Counted from the stretch's first letter, positions 12,745 through 25,155 are shown. The stretch: 57,558 nt of DNA from Octopus bimaculoides (GCF_001194135.2 NC_068991.1:66723741-66781298), one strand, 5' to 3'. The notes: generated by a model not told the origin, from the sequence alone. Made by a program: numbers and translations.

Positions 12745-13048
12745 TTAACACGTTAACTGTCACGGCCTATTATTGGAACTTACCAGTGATGCCACGTGTT
12801 TCATGCAATCACACTGCAGATTGTTTAATTAATTACAAGGAAATGGAATTTTAATTCTTTTTGCATTTTTACAATATTTCATAATTAAACTTTAATACTT
12901 AACACTCAAATATCCTTGAAACCACGTCAAAGATAGAGAATAAAATATTTCTTCAAATTATGCAAAAGGTACCACTGGTGGTGCATATGGTGGCTGTGTG
13001 AAGTCTGCGATGAACCACTGGTGGCACATGTGGGAGTTAATATGTTAA
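12745..13048. mobile_element. TTAA-flanked MITE, family 3
   Basis: TTAA-CACGTTAACT ... AGTTAATATG-TTAA (8/10 TIR match); internal direct repeat accactggtgg. Confidence 0.6.
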
Positions 13049-13077
13049 CAAAATCCCAATCTACAACAAGACATTCT

Positions 13078-13237
13078 CTCATTTGTTTCAGTCATATGAC
13101 TTCAGCCATGCTGGAGCACCGCCTTGAAGGATCTTAGTCGAACAAAACCCGAGGACTTATTTTTAAAGCCTAGTATTTATTCCATCAGTTGTCAAGTGGT
13201 GATGGGGAGGGTCAAGTATAGATACACACACATAGAA

Positions 13238-13298
<61 letters not shown>

Positions 13299-13299
13299 T

Positions 13300-13342
<43 letters not shown>

Positions 13343-13343
13343 T

Positions 13344-13388
<45 letters not shown>

Positions 13389-13560
13389 TATATACAATGG
13401 GCTTCTTTCAGTTTCCATCAAACAAATCCACTCACAAGGCTTTGGTCAGCCTGAGGCTATAGTATAAGATATTTGCCCAAGGTGCCATGCAGTGGGACTG
13501 AACCTGGAACCATGTGGTTGGTAAGCAAGCTACTTACCACAGAACCACTCCTGCACCTAT
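13078..13560 (-). mobile_element. SINE A1 with expanded internal (TA/CA)n
   Basis: Head, core and tail recognisable; ~150-bp dinucleotide tract at the conserved internal position. Confidence 0.85.
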
Positions 13561-15019
13561 ATATGTATATATATATGTATATATATATATGTGTATGTAT
13601 GTAAATGTGTATATAAGTATGTATGTATGTGTAACTATATGTATACATTTATATCTATCATGTCTGTCTATGGGGAAATATTACCTTGCTTGGAAATAGG
13701 AGCAAGTTGGTGACAGGAAGGGAATCTGGTGATAGAAAATCTGTCTCAATAAACTTTGTTTGACCAGTGCCTGCTTGGAAAAGTGGACATTTGATGGCAA
13801 TGTTGCTATCATTCACTAAAAGCCTCTAATGACCAAGCTCTAGCAAAGCCACAGACCAATAAATAAAACCAGTAAAAGAACTCTACTTATTAGACATGTG
13901 GTCATAAAAGAGTGCAAGTATTTTCTAAAACTGTTATTAAATGATGAAAGTAGTGATGTAATTTTCCTTTTCGGTAAGGGCCATTCTGAGACTAGCTAGT
14001 TTCATGACCTCATTTATGTGATCATGCATAAAGAGAGGAAACAGTGAGGGGAGAAGGCAGGTAGAAGTGAGCCACTGAAAGTCTTGGTATAAAAGTAAGT
14101 AGTTAATTGAAAAACAGTTTCACTGAAGCAATGATGAATATGTACATATAGTAGAGATTATTCAGAAGATAAGTCCTCCTTATATGCACCATGGGAAAAT
14201 GAAAAACATGAAATGGAAAAAAAATTGGAAAAAAATATGAAGTTTACATGGAAACTATATTGAAAAACATGGCTTCTCTAAATACACAAACATACACAAA
14301 TTGTGAAGATAATTACAAAAACCTAAATTTAAATGTTAACAGAAACCTCAAAATATTCTTTAGCATCCAGATTACTCTATCAAATGTAATGCTTATTTAT
14401 TCACAATGTTTTGAATTAATCATGTATAATCTCATAGCTTTGATATTGCAATGATGTGATTGTATATTTTAAGAATGACTTTGTAGGGTAGGTGTGAGAG
14501 GCTGGATATGACCAATTTCAACATAAAACAGGCAAAACATTTGGGCCAGAGATATGGCTGGTTTAAATGCTAAAGGGTTAAAATAAAACAAAGATGAGGT
14601 GAGAGTACATGTACATTCTGTTATAAAAGATAGTGCTTGTGTATGTACACATGCCTGTGTGTGTGTGTGTGCATGCGTGCGTGTGTGTGTGTGTGCAGTA
14701 GACTGGTGGTGTGGCAAAGGAAACTAGCTGTAGATGAATGACTTGTGAGAGAGATAACATCAGTAATGAAAAGAGTTGCCAAGAAGTTCTGTAAGGAATC
14801 TAGCATGCAGCTTGGTGTCATCAGAGTTCAGTTCTAGAATATATTATTCTTCTTCAAGTCATAACAGAATCGTTCAAGACCAGCTGGCCAAGGTAGTTTG
14901 TGTGCTCTTGACCTAGTTTCCAAAGTTGGATCTGTTAAGTGAATTTGGTAGATGGAAACTGTATGGAAGCCTGCCTGAGGTCGCTGAATATAAAAGGAGA
15001 GAGACTATCCCATGTAGAC

Positions 15020-15600
15020 CAATAGGGGGGACCACCTTTTGAAGTCGTTTATACAGTTAAAAATGCAATTAAAGTTATGAAGGCAAGAAAGTAACTGATC
15101 CACAAAAATTAGTCACTGAAATGCAAGAAATTATCCAACTAAATTGTGACACATACTTCTCAATTGCATGGACAATCAGATGTCATACTTAATGACTGTC
15201 ATAGCAGCATCATTATTAACTGCTTTAAGGGCAAAGGAGATGCTAGGACCTGGTTATGAAAGGAATAGAGTTAACTCAGATGAGATGCAGTTCATGTCTG
15301 TGTCAGCACAGTGTACACTGATGCCCTCTTTAAGAGTAAATCATGATATTTCTCATTTGTTGACTTGCAGATGTCCTTCAACAAGATACCCCACTCCTGT
15401 AGTAATCAGGTGGTTGCTAAGAAAACTAGTTGTATGCAAGTCATGTGCAAGAATATTGTCAGTAAATGAGAATTAGCAATGAGGTCAATGGGAAATTGGG
15501 CATGCAGATGGGTTTCATCAGAGCTCAGCTGTCAGCTTTCAAATATTTCTTATAGTTATTCAGGCCATAACAGATGAATTTAAGATGAGCTGACTGAAGG
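15020..15600 (+). pseudogene. Highly decayed RTE-clade reverse transcriptase fragment
   Basis: Across frameshifts: NDCHSSIIINCFKGKGDA, DEMQF, FVDLQMSFNKIP, WLLRKL, FHQSSAVS, FLIVIQAITDEFK, in RT domain order. Confidence 0.75.
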
Positions 15601-15619
15601 AATTTTTGTATATAGACAC

Positions 15620-16055
15620 AGGCACGGGTGTGTGGTACAGAAACTTGCTTCCCAGCAAAGAGGTTCTGGGTTCAGCCCCACTGTGCAGCACCTTGGGCAA
15701 GTGTCTTTTACTACAGCCCTAGGCTGACCAAAGTCTGGTGAGTGGATTTGATAGATGGAAATTGAAAGTTTATTGCGTGTGTGTGTGTGTGTGTGTGTGT
15801 ATTAGTGTGTGCTTTTGTCTAAACATCATGTGATGGTTGTGAATGAGCATCACTAACACACAAATGAGGCTGTTCGTTTCCAGTCTTCTGAGGAAACCAT
15901 GTCTGTCTATGGGAAAATATTACCTTGCTGGGAAATAGATGAGGGTTGGTGACAGGAAGGGTATCCGGCTGTAGAAAATCTGTCTCAACAAATTCCATCC
16001 GACTCATGCAAGCATGGAAAAGTGGAAATTTGATGATGATGATGATGATGATACT
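15620..16055 (+). mobile_element. SINE A with A2 (RTE-like) tail
   Basis: Same head/core as A1, then (GT)n, then ...gacaggaagggtatccggctgtagaaaatctg...catgcaagcatggaaaagtgga...(GAT)n. Confidence 0.85.
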
Positions 16056-16994
16056 ATAAGTGCCCAATTGGTTGAAGAATTCCAAATGTGGAAACAGAGT
16101 TTAGGCAAAAATTTTAAATAACAGGAATGAAACCTGAACCATAACCATTTCAGGAGAGGATTACACCCAATATAAAGAAAAGGAATAGGGAGAAGTGCCA
16201 CATTATGTACCCAATGTAAATCACAGATGGGCAGGCAGGATGATAGAGAACAAAGTGTTTGAATGTAGCTAGCTGATGCACCAGAGTAGCTAACAGCAGG
16301 AGTGGCTGTGAAATAAAATTTATTAAACAGAACCTAGAAGTAGCTTGTTACCTAGGCAACCAAATTAGCATGGTGGAGACCAAGTTGTGGATTGGAATGT
16401 GAAAACATTCAACATTTATGTTTGTAGTTAGTCTAATTAATCATGCATTTCTAATATTGACTGAACGCATACAACACACACATGGAAAATGTGCATCTTT
16501 AGGCTACTTTTTAGCGCTTTGACCTGTCACACAGTGACATAGCTATGTCACTATGTCTTTTTTATTAAAAAAAGTTGTAAACAAAAAAATATTAAAGAAA
16601 ATAAGCTACAAAAATACTCTAAAGAATATCTTTGTTTAACCGATTTAGAAATCTAAATTATATCATAATTAAAACTAAACAATTGAACACCTAATGCAAC
16701 TTAAATTACCATTTAAATAGAAATAATCCTAATTATAAACATAACACTTTCTTTTTGAGATTAAAGCATTGTCTGAATATAACATTTAAATGAATAAAAC
16801 ATGAAAGATGACATTAAATGAAGTAAAAAAAATTATATTGTAAGGTAGTGAATAGCATGGCTGTGTGGTGACCATATGGCTTCAGGTTCAGTCCCAACGC
16901 ATGGCACTTTGGGCAAGCATCTTCGACTATAACCCTGGGCTGACTAAAGACTTGGGTGGTTTTGGTACATGGAAACAGAAAGAAACCCCTCGTG

Positions 16995-17029
<35 letters not shown>

Positions 17030-17074
17030 ATCTATATATCCTGTGTGATCCTTCTGTCCGGCATTCGCCATGAT

Positions 17075-17253
17075 AGATCACTGACCACTACATTTATATT
17101 TTTTTTCTCCTTGTTTCTTTCTGTGTTCCTTTCAGTTGAAGAGCATAGGCTCGAAACGTCAAAGACTTTCTCTATTCCCGAGCGTTAAACTAATACATTC
17201 ATTTGTTGTTTACACCACCTGTCTTTGTCTGTTGTTTTTTTTCGTAAATTCTC

Positions 17254-17255
<2 letters not shown>
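17075..17255 (+). mobile_element. Penelope-like terminal repeat fragment
   Basis: Homologous to 1-145; contains TTGAAGAG-cataggct-CGAAACGTC; runs into a (TA)n tract. Confidence 0.6.
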
Positions 17256-17335
<80 letters not shown>

Positions 17336-17350
17336 GTATATATATATATA
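17256..17350. repeat. (TA)n microsatellite
   Basis: About 95 bp of nearly pure TA between the Penelope-like repeat and the transposon. Confidence 0.95.
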
Positions 17351-18615
17351 CAGGGTGTAACAAGTAAATTGGGACAAATTTCAAATAGGTATATTTCTAA
17401 TTGTATAGATTTTATTGAAGTCTAAATTTTAAATATTACCAGCTTGAACAATGACTTGTACTATTTTGTATTTCAGATTGAACAATCTATGAATGTTAAT
17501 AAAGAATTAAACTGTAGAAGTGTAATTGTAAAATTATTCTGGGGCGGCAAAAGTGCTGGGGAGATTGTTAGAGCCACAAAGTGTGCCAAATCTATTGTTT
17601 CTAGAAGAAAAGTCAGGATGTTCAGAGAAAGCCTCACAGTCCTCGTAATGACTGAAAATGCACACCTCACTTCTTAACAGGACTTGAAAGATCAATTGAG
17701 TTGAACCCATCAAAATCAATGGTGAAGTTGGCTCAAGATTGAGGAATCAGCAAAATGACTATTTCTAGGGCTGTGAGACAGGACCTCCATATGAAATCGT
17801 ACATGAAGAGACACTGTAACATCCTAACTACCCACTCCTAAGCCATTCAAGCTGAAAGAAGACCCAAACTTCTTGGTCATCTGAAACATTGTGGCGGAGA
17901 TGTCCACATCTTCATGGATGCAAGGAAGTTCATGAAAGACGAAGTTGCAAACCATCACAACTCAAAAGTGATAGCATATGACCCTTCCCACATCCCTTCA
18001 GCTATGCATAGCAAAAATCCAGCTTCCACCATGGTCTTTGGAGCTGTTGCAAGTGATGGGAAATTGAAGCCTCCTCATTTTATTGAAGCAGTTCTTAAAA
18101 TCAACGCAGCAAAGTATCTCAAAATCTTAGAAGTTTTGTTACCTTGGATTAGGAAGCATTATGGTGCAAGTTGAGTCATGTTTATACAGGATTCTGTGCT
18201 AGCGCAGTCTTCGAAAAGAGTGCAAGAATTTTTGAAGAAATTGCCCATGTTTATCTCTAAAGATATCTGGCCCTCTAGCTCGCCAGGTTTGAATTCGTGT
18301 GAGTTTTTGCTATGGGGTGCAGATGAAGCAATATCCAACACAACTCTTCACAACAGTGTGTCTTCACTGAAGGCTTCAATCAAGCAAGAATTCAGAAAAA
18401 TGGAAAAGGAAGAATTAGTTAAGGCAAGTACATCATTTTGTAAACGGATTGAACTGGTAAAGAAAGTAAACGACGGTCTCATTGAATTGAAATAAGTGCT
18501 AAACACTCCACAATAAATTGGCATAAACATAAAACTTGCAGCGTTTAATTTTTCCGAGTTGTACCAATTATATCAAAGATATTTAAATGGTTCCAATTTA
18601 CCTGTNNNNNNNNNN
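17351..18615 (+). mobile_element. Near-full-length Tc1/mariner element, DD37D (maT)-like
   Basis: Starts TA-CAGGGTGTAACAAGTAAATTGGGAC. Right end reverse-complements to ACAGGTAAATTGGAAC before a 10-N gap. About 1.27 kb. Confidence 0.85.
17489..18495 (+). pseudogene. Disrupted transposase of the maT-like element
   Basis: MNVNKELNCRSVIVKLF..., TMVFGAVASDGKLKPPHF, FIQDSVLAQ...WPSSSPGLNSCEF (for WPPNSPDLNPLDY; 36 residues between D and E in this copy). Frameshifts and stops present. Confidence 0.85.
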
Positions 18616-18659
<44 letters not shown>

Positions 18660-19299
18660 GTGTGAGTATGTTTGTGTCTGCTTGTCTTCATATCATGTGA
18701 TTATTGTAAATAAATGTCATTCACTTCCAATATTCTACAAAAGCATGTCTAGCCATGGGAAAATATTGCCTTGCTTGGAAACAGGTGAGGGTTAGTGACA
18801 GGAAAGGCATTCGTCTATACAAAAATCTGCCTTCATAAAATCTGTCCAACTCATGCATGCAATGGAAAAGTGAACATTAAAATGATGATTGAAAGTTTAT
18901 CAAGCAAACACTATATCTATACAATAAGGGCTAAATCAAAAATACAAATCCTAAATTTGTGCTTAGAAAAAAGGGATTGCTTCCACCAGAGCCTCCTCCT
19001 TCATTAGAAACCCTTAAATCTGGATAAACAAGTTTCAGTGCGAAAAAATAGTCAAATTAATATGTGTGTGAAAATGGAAATTTTAAAGCATTATATTGGA
19101 TAATTCAACATTTAGTTGCAGCTGGAACTGGTAAAAATGTACTGACTGACTAATTCCGGAAAACCAATAATTGCTCACTGAAAAAGAAAGGTGTGTTGAG
19201 AGTATAGTAGCCAGAGTAAGAATGACATGGAATTATTTCTGCTTTCAATAACAATTTTTTCAAGCTGATGACTAGGTTGTCTGATGCTTTACTTCTTTA

Positions 19300-19680
19300 C
19301 TCTGTTTCAGGCACTGGATTGCGGTCAAGCTGGGGCACTGCCTTCAAGGGTTTAGCTGAATAAACTGACCCTAGTATTTATCTTTAAGTCTGGTACTTAT
19401 TCTATTGGACGTCTTTTTGCCAAACTGCTAAGTCATGAGGACATAAACAAACCAACACTGGTTGTCAAGTGGTAGAAGATTGGTGTATCAAGACAAGCAC
19501 ACACACATACACACACACGACGGGTTTCCACCAAGTTTCTGTGTATCAAATTCACTCGTAAGGTATTGGTAAGCCCCAGGCTATGATAGAAGACATTAGC
19601 TCAAGGTGCAATGCAGTGGGACTGAACCTAAAACTAAGTGATTCCAAAGGATGCTTTTTTAACCACACAGCCATACCTGA
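19300..19680 (-). mobile_element. Older SINE A1 copy
   Basis: Degenerate but colinear with A1 consensus; CpG sites mostly decayed. Confidence 0.8.
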
Positions 19681-19778
19681 TGTATGATAGTAAAACATGG
19701 GCAGATTTATAAAAGCCAGAAAGAAACAAAGGAAGCGGGCTCCACTGGATGTGTAATATTAGTGCACATTAACAACAA

Positions 19779-20033
19779 GTGGAGGCGCAATGGCCCAGTG
19801 GTTAGGGCAGCGGACTCGTGGTCATAGGATCGCGGTTTCGATTCCCAGACCGGGCGTTGTGAGTGTTTATTGAGCAAAAACACCTAAAGCTCCACGAGGC
19901 TCCAGCAGGGGATGGTGGTGAACCCTGCTGTACTCTTTCACCACAACTTTCTCTCACTCTTTCTTCTTGTTTCTGTTGTGCCTGTAATTCAAAGGGTCAG
20001 CCTTGTCACACTCTGTGTCACGCTGAATATCCC
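19779..20033 (+). mobile_element. SINE C, cut by assembly gap
   Basis: Colinear with 11330-11580. Confidence 0.9.
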
Positions 20034-20201
20034 NNNNNNNNNNCTCAAGAAGGACTTCAGTTTGAACAATTTTCATGATTTTTCATATTTAGATGCTTTT
20101 TTGTTAAAAATAAATAAATCTTGGAATTAAATGGTTTTGATTTACTGTCAGGTGACTTTTGGCCAACCCTGTATACATATACAACTAGCTTCTTTCAGTT
20201 T

Positions 20202-20433
20202 TTTATTTCTTTATTGCCCACAAGGGGCTAAACATAGAGGGCACAAACAAGGACAGACAAGGGGATTAAGTCGATTACATCGACCCCAGTGTGTAACTGG
20301 TACTTAACTCATCGACCCCTGAAAGGATGAAAGGCAAAGTTGACCTCGGCGGAATTTGAACTCAGAACGTAACGGCAGACGAAATACCACTAAGTATTTC
20401 GCCCAGCGTGCAAACATTTCTGCCATCTCGCCG
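20202..20433 (-). mobile_element. SINE B nested in SINE A, 12-bp TSD
   Basis: TSD ttctttcagttt at 20190-20201 and 20436-20447; host A sequence continues to ~20580. Confidence 0.88.
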
Positions 20434-21221
20434 CTTTCTTTCAGTTTCTACCTACCAAACCCATTTACAAGACTTTGGTCTTCTATAAAAGAAGACACTT
20501 GCCCAAGGTGCCACGCTGTGGGACTGAACCCAAGATCACATGGTTGGAAAGCATGATTCCTAACAACAGAGCCAGGCCTGTGCCTAAAATGTATATATAA
20601 TGCAAAAGCAGAAAATTGTTAATAATTTACTGGAGTTGCCAGACAGTTAGCTGAAAGAATGCCAACCAACTGAGTAAATAAATACACTGTGAAGTGATCA
20701 GAACTGTCTACATATTCAGTAGGAAAGACATAGTATGGCTAGAGTGTAGCTGGGGTGGTAAATAAAAACTAAGGAGTTTGTTTGGTGAGAGATGAAATGG
20801 AATTAAACATTATTTCTATTATTCTTATCATGAAGATTTGCAACAAGTAGAAATGAAAGTGTTTAAATTGCTTGAGTACTCTATATAAGCTAATCAATTT
20901 ATTGTAAATATTTACTAAGACTTGTTTTAGGGAAGGATTTAATCTACAGAGAAACAATAATCGCCAAGGCAGATGTTACAAATAATGCAACCAGAAAGAA
21001 AAAAAAATATTAGAAGTTTAAAAGAGGATTTAGATTTAACAAGTTAAATATTGAAACATTGAAATTGTAGTTTGTGTGTCTAAAAAAAAAACAAAGTTGA
21101 AATAAAATTGAATTTAAATAGACAAGAGGTGGGGCTTTTTTTTGTAGTACAATCGTTAATATTGTGTTTACTTAAGAATTAAATTACTCTAAAATGCTAA
21201 GAAGCTTAGAGATCAATGTAT

Positions 21222-21254
<33 letters not shown>

Positions 21255-22321
21255 AATGCTAGCAAACTTGAATCTGCAGAAAAAAAAGCTGGATTCCCAG
21301 TCAAGCTATTCCACTTCACTTAAGTCTCTCATGTGTGTTCTTCGGCTGCTGAGTGAGCAGATTCCTAACCATAAGCTTTCTATTTTTTCCTGTTATATAT
21401 TGTTCCATGTTCTATTTTAGAGAGATTAGGCTGCTACAGTAGCAGGTCAAGTAACTATAGACAGAGATTCTCTTTTCCTTCATTGGTTCACTTTGTACCT
21501 TATGATTTTCAGCTGAAATTTAGAGATTGGAGATGGATAAGAATTGATAGATAAAACCATAAAGTCAATGTTTTTAGTGGTGACTTAAAAGGATACGGGA
21601 TGTTTCTTTCTCAAATATACTTTATAATAGATATATTTACTCACACCAAAAATTAGCTATTCTTGAGGGGAAATTATTCCAAGTAAAGTGAAATCTTTCT
21701 TGAAGCATTCCAACCTCCAACCCTATAATCCATTTGTTTAATGCCCATCTTTCCAAGCCACTATGGGTTTTAGCAGAGTTATTCGAGGCTAGAATCACTT
21801 TCTGTTGCCAATCCTTGATTGCTTTTCATGAAAGAGATTTCTTTATTCCACATATCCACAAAAGTGCAAAGCAACTGGTCACAATAACACTATGGAACAT
21901 CAAGCAGTAACAAGCATGTGTGAATATGAAAATTCATGCATACACACATACAAATATGAAGGGTCTTTCTGTAGTTGCCTTGTACCAAATTCCCTCACAT
22001 GGCATTGGTCAGCTCAGGGCTGTATTAAATACACTTACCCAAGATGTCATGCAATGAGACTAAACTCAAAACCACATAGATGCCAAGCAAACTTTTTAAT
22101 CACCCAGCCATGGCTGTTTCAACCCTATACAGTCTCCAATAATTCCCTAACCAAAGAATAAGAATTTAGAAGCACAATGTTAGTCTGACAAGAACTTGCA
22201 GCTATTAGTTATATAAAAATGAAAGAAGTGACTTGAAATCTTTGCCATTTCACACAGAATATTTGTTTAAGTTATCTTTCAAGACTAAACATGAAATATT
22301 TTATATGATATATTAATATGC

Positions 22322-22700
22322 ATAGGCATGGCTGTGTAGTTAAGAGGTTTTCTTCTCAACTACAGTGGTTCCAGGTTTAGTCTCACTGCATAGTGCCTTG
22401 GACAAGCACCTTCTATTATAGCCCTGAGTTGACCAAAACCTTTGGGTGGATTTGGTTGATGGAAACAGAGAGAAGCCCAATGTGTGTGTGTGTGAGTGTG
22501 TGTGTGTGAGTGTGTGTGTGCACAGGCAAGCATGTATCACTGTCATACAAGTTGTGTCATACCTTTCTAATCTTCCGTGAAAAACATGTCGGGCCATGGG
22601 GAAATATTACTTTGCTTGAAAACAAGTGACGATCAGTGACAAGAAGGGCATGCAGCCAATGCCTCAACAAATTTCCTCTTGAACCATGCAAGAATATAAA
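22322..22700 (+). mobile_element. SINE A2
   Basis: Head, core, (GT)n and RTE-like tail recognisable. Confidence 0.8.
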
Positions 22701-22749
22701 AGTGAATGTTAGCTCTTTAGCATTCAGTTTACTGTCAAATATAATACTT

Positions 22750-23200
22750 ACTAGCTTAAAAGTCACCCCATCGGGCGGCTTTTAGGCTAGTGTATAACTT
22801 TTAAGCAACTGATCCCAAATAGGAAGATCTGCAAACATGATCTCTGACTTGTTTTGGAGAATTTGTTGCAATTGCTTCCTCCAGTGTCATATCTCAATGA
22901 TGATCATATTCGTCGCAAAAAAATCATGTAAAAAAAAAAAAAAAATTAAAAAAATCGGTGTAAACAATCGTAATAATGTAAATATAGGAATCCAAAATTT
23001 CAGGATTGCAGGTCCAGATTCGTTCCATTTTGTTTCTGATTTACTCACAGAGTTGGCCTTTGGATTATAAAAATCGTTATCATACAAAAAAATTTGTCGC
23101 AAAAAGTCAATGTAAAAAAAATTGCCAAAAACAATCACAGTAATGAAAACTTGGGAATCCAAAATCTCAGGATTGTGGGTCTAGCCTGATAACAAAATGG
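22750..23200 (-). mobile_element. Possible non-autonomous Helitron/HINE remnant
   Basis: 42-nt hairpin ending in CTAG-T at 22750-22791, adjacent to a CpG-containing ~170-bp tandem duplication. Confidence 0.35.
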
Positions 23201-23277
23201 TATGATATGTTGGGCTATGGCCTCTAAGAGTAAAGTTGAAAAAGTGTGACACACTGACACAACAACGATGATTATAT

Positions 23278-23500
23278 TAAGGTGGCGAGCTGGCAGAATC
23301 GTTAGCATGCTGGGCAAAATGCTTAGCGGCATTTCGTCTGCTGTTAAGTCTTGAGTTCAAATTCCACTGAGGTCGACTTTGCCGTTCATCCTTTCAGGGT
23401 TGATAAAATTAGTACTAGTTATGTACTGGGGTTGATGTAATCAATTTAATCCCTTCCCAAAATTTGAGGCATTGTGCTTCCAGTAGAAAGGATTTATTAA
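23278..23500 (+). mobile_element. SINE B variant (agtagaaaggatt tail)
   Basis: aaggtggcgagctggcagaatcgttagc...gtcgactttgccgttcatcctttcagggttgataaa. Confidence 0.85.
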
Positions 23501-23631
23501 AATTGAAAAAGTGTGACACACTGACATTCGCATTTATTATATTAGATATGTTTAATTTTGGCAAAACCTTATTTCAATTAAAGTGTATTTTATATTATAT
23601 ATGTGTGTGTGTGTGTGTGTATGTATATATA

Positions 23632-23678
<47 letters not shown>

Positions 23679-24914
23679 ATTAAAGAAAGCAAAAGATAAA
23701 ACAAAAATGATAGTGTTCACTATGCTGGCCACAGGAATTTGTCAAAAAGACATGGTTAAACAAAGTCAAACATCTCCCTCTTTTTCTCACATACCCGCTC
23801 TTTCTGTCTCTCTCTTATTATTACTTCCACTGCCACCATCAACACCACTACTTTTAATAAAACATCAACTTTCCCTAAATTTCTCTCCTTCTCTTTTTCT
23901 CTCTCTCTCTCTTTGTCTTCACCACTGCCCTCACCATCTCTATGCCTACTATTACTCTCACCCCAGCATGAGGAGTAGTAGAAATGTCATTGAATAGTGA
24001 GAGAGAGAGAGAGGGGGGGGAGTCAAAGTGTGACATACTGACACACAGAAATTCGTTTTTGTATTTATTATATTAGGTTCATTCACATTGTTTTCTATCA
24101 ATCATATACTATCTTGTAGCTTTCAAATTTTAATGGTGTGACTGTTCATTTTTAGAATTACATTGTACGGTAGGTGCAAGCAGTCAGATCTGGCCAGTTT
24201 GTGCATAGAAGAAGTACAATATTTGGACCAGACACGGTCGGTTTAAATGCTAAAGGGTTGATGATGGTGATGATGATGGTGGTGATGATGATGATGATGA
24301 TGATGGTGGTGGTGATGATAGTGATGGTGGTGGTGACGATGATAGTGACAATGATGATGATTAATCTATGGATAGAATACAAACAACAAACAATAAAGCT
24401 CTGATACATCTAACTTAAATATGTTGAATCACATGCCACTATAACTCTGTATTCCGTATTAATATTATGGCATAGCATTTGCATCAAATACGTAAAGATT
24501 ACACTACTCTGGAAGACAGGTATTGTTACTTGCAGCAAATGAAGACATGTACCAGCACTTACAAAAGACATATACGAAAAATCAATCGCAGCTTGGTATA
24601 TTTATATTACTTATTCCTAAGAGGGACGTGAAGCAGATTAGACTTGAATTAAAATGCACATGACACTGACTGGATATTGCAAAGCATCATCTGTACAAAC
24701 TCCAGTGTAAATAATGTTGACCAATATGTTTAGTATTGAATTTATTTCTAACAAAGACACTAGATAAAAAATTGTGTGTGGTGGTGGTGGTGGGGGATAG
24801 TGTCTAGACCAATCCAAGTAATTGAACTCAAGGTATATATTTTATGCACCTAGCAAGGAGAGAGTAAAATCAGCTCTAATGGGATTTGAAAGATTATTAT
24901 TGTTGTTGTCAAGG

Positions 24915-25093
24915 CACAGACACAGGCTGTGTAGTTAAGAAATTTGCTTCCCAACTACATGGTTTTAAGTTCAGTCCTACTGTGTGGCACTTTGAGAAAG
25001 TGTCTTCTTCTATAACCTCAGGCTAGCCAAAGCTTTGTGAGTGGATTTGGTAGATGGAAACTGAAAGAAACCCATCACATACATACATATGTG

Positions 25094-25155
<62 letters not shown>

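Noticed and set aside
13124-13699. Many ORFs rich in YI, CV or HT (also at 17136, 23464, 25010, 34280, 48263, 56399)
   Set aside because: Translations of dinucleotide microsatellites, SINE bodies or N runs.
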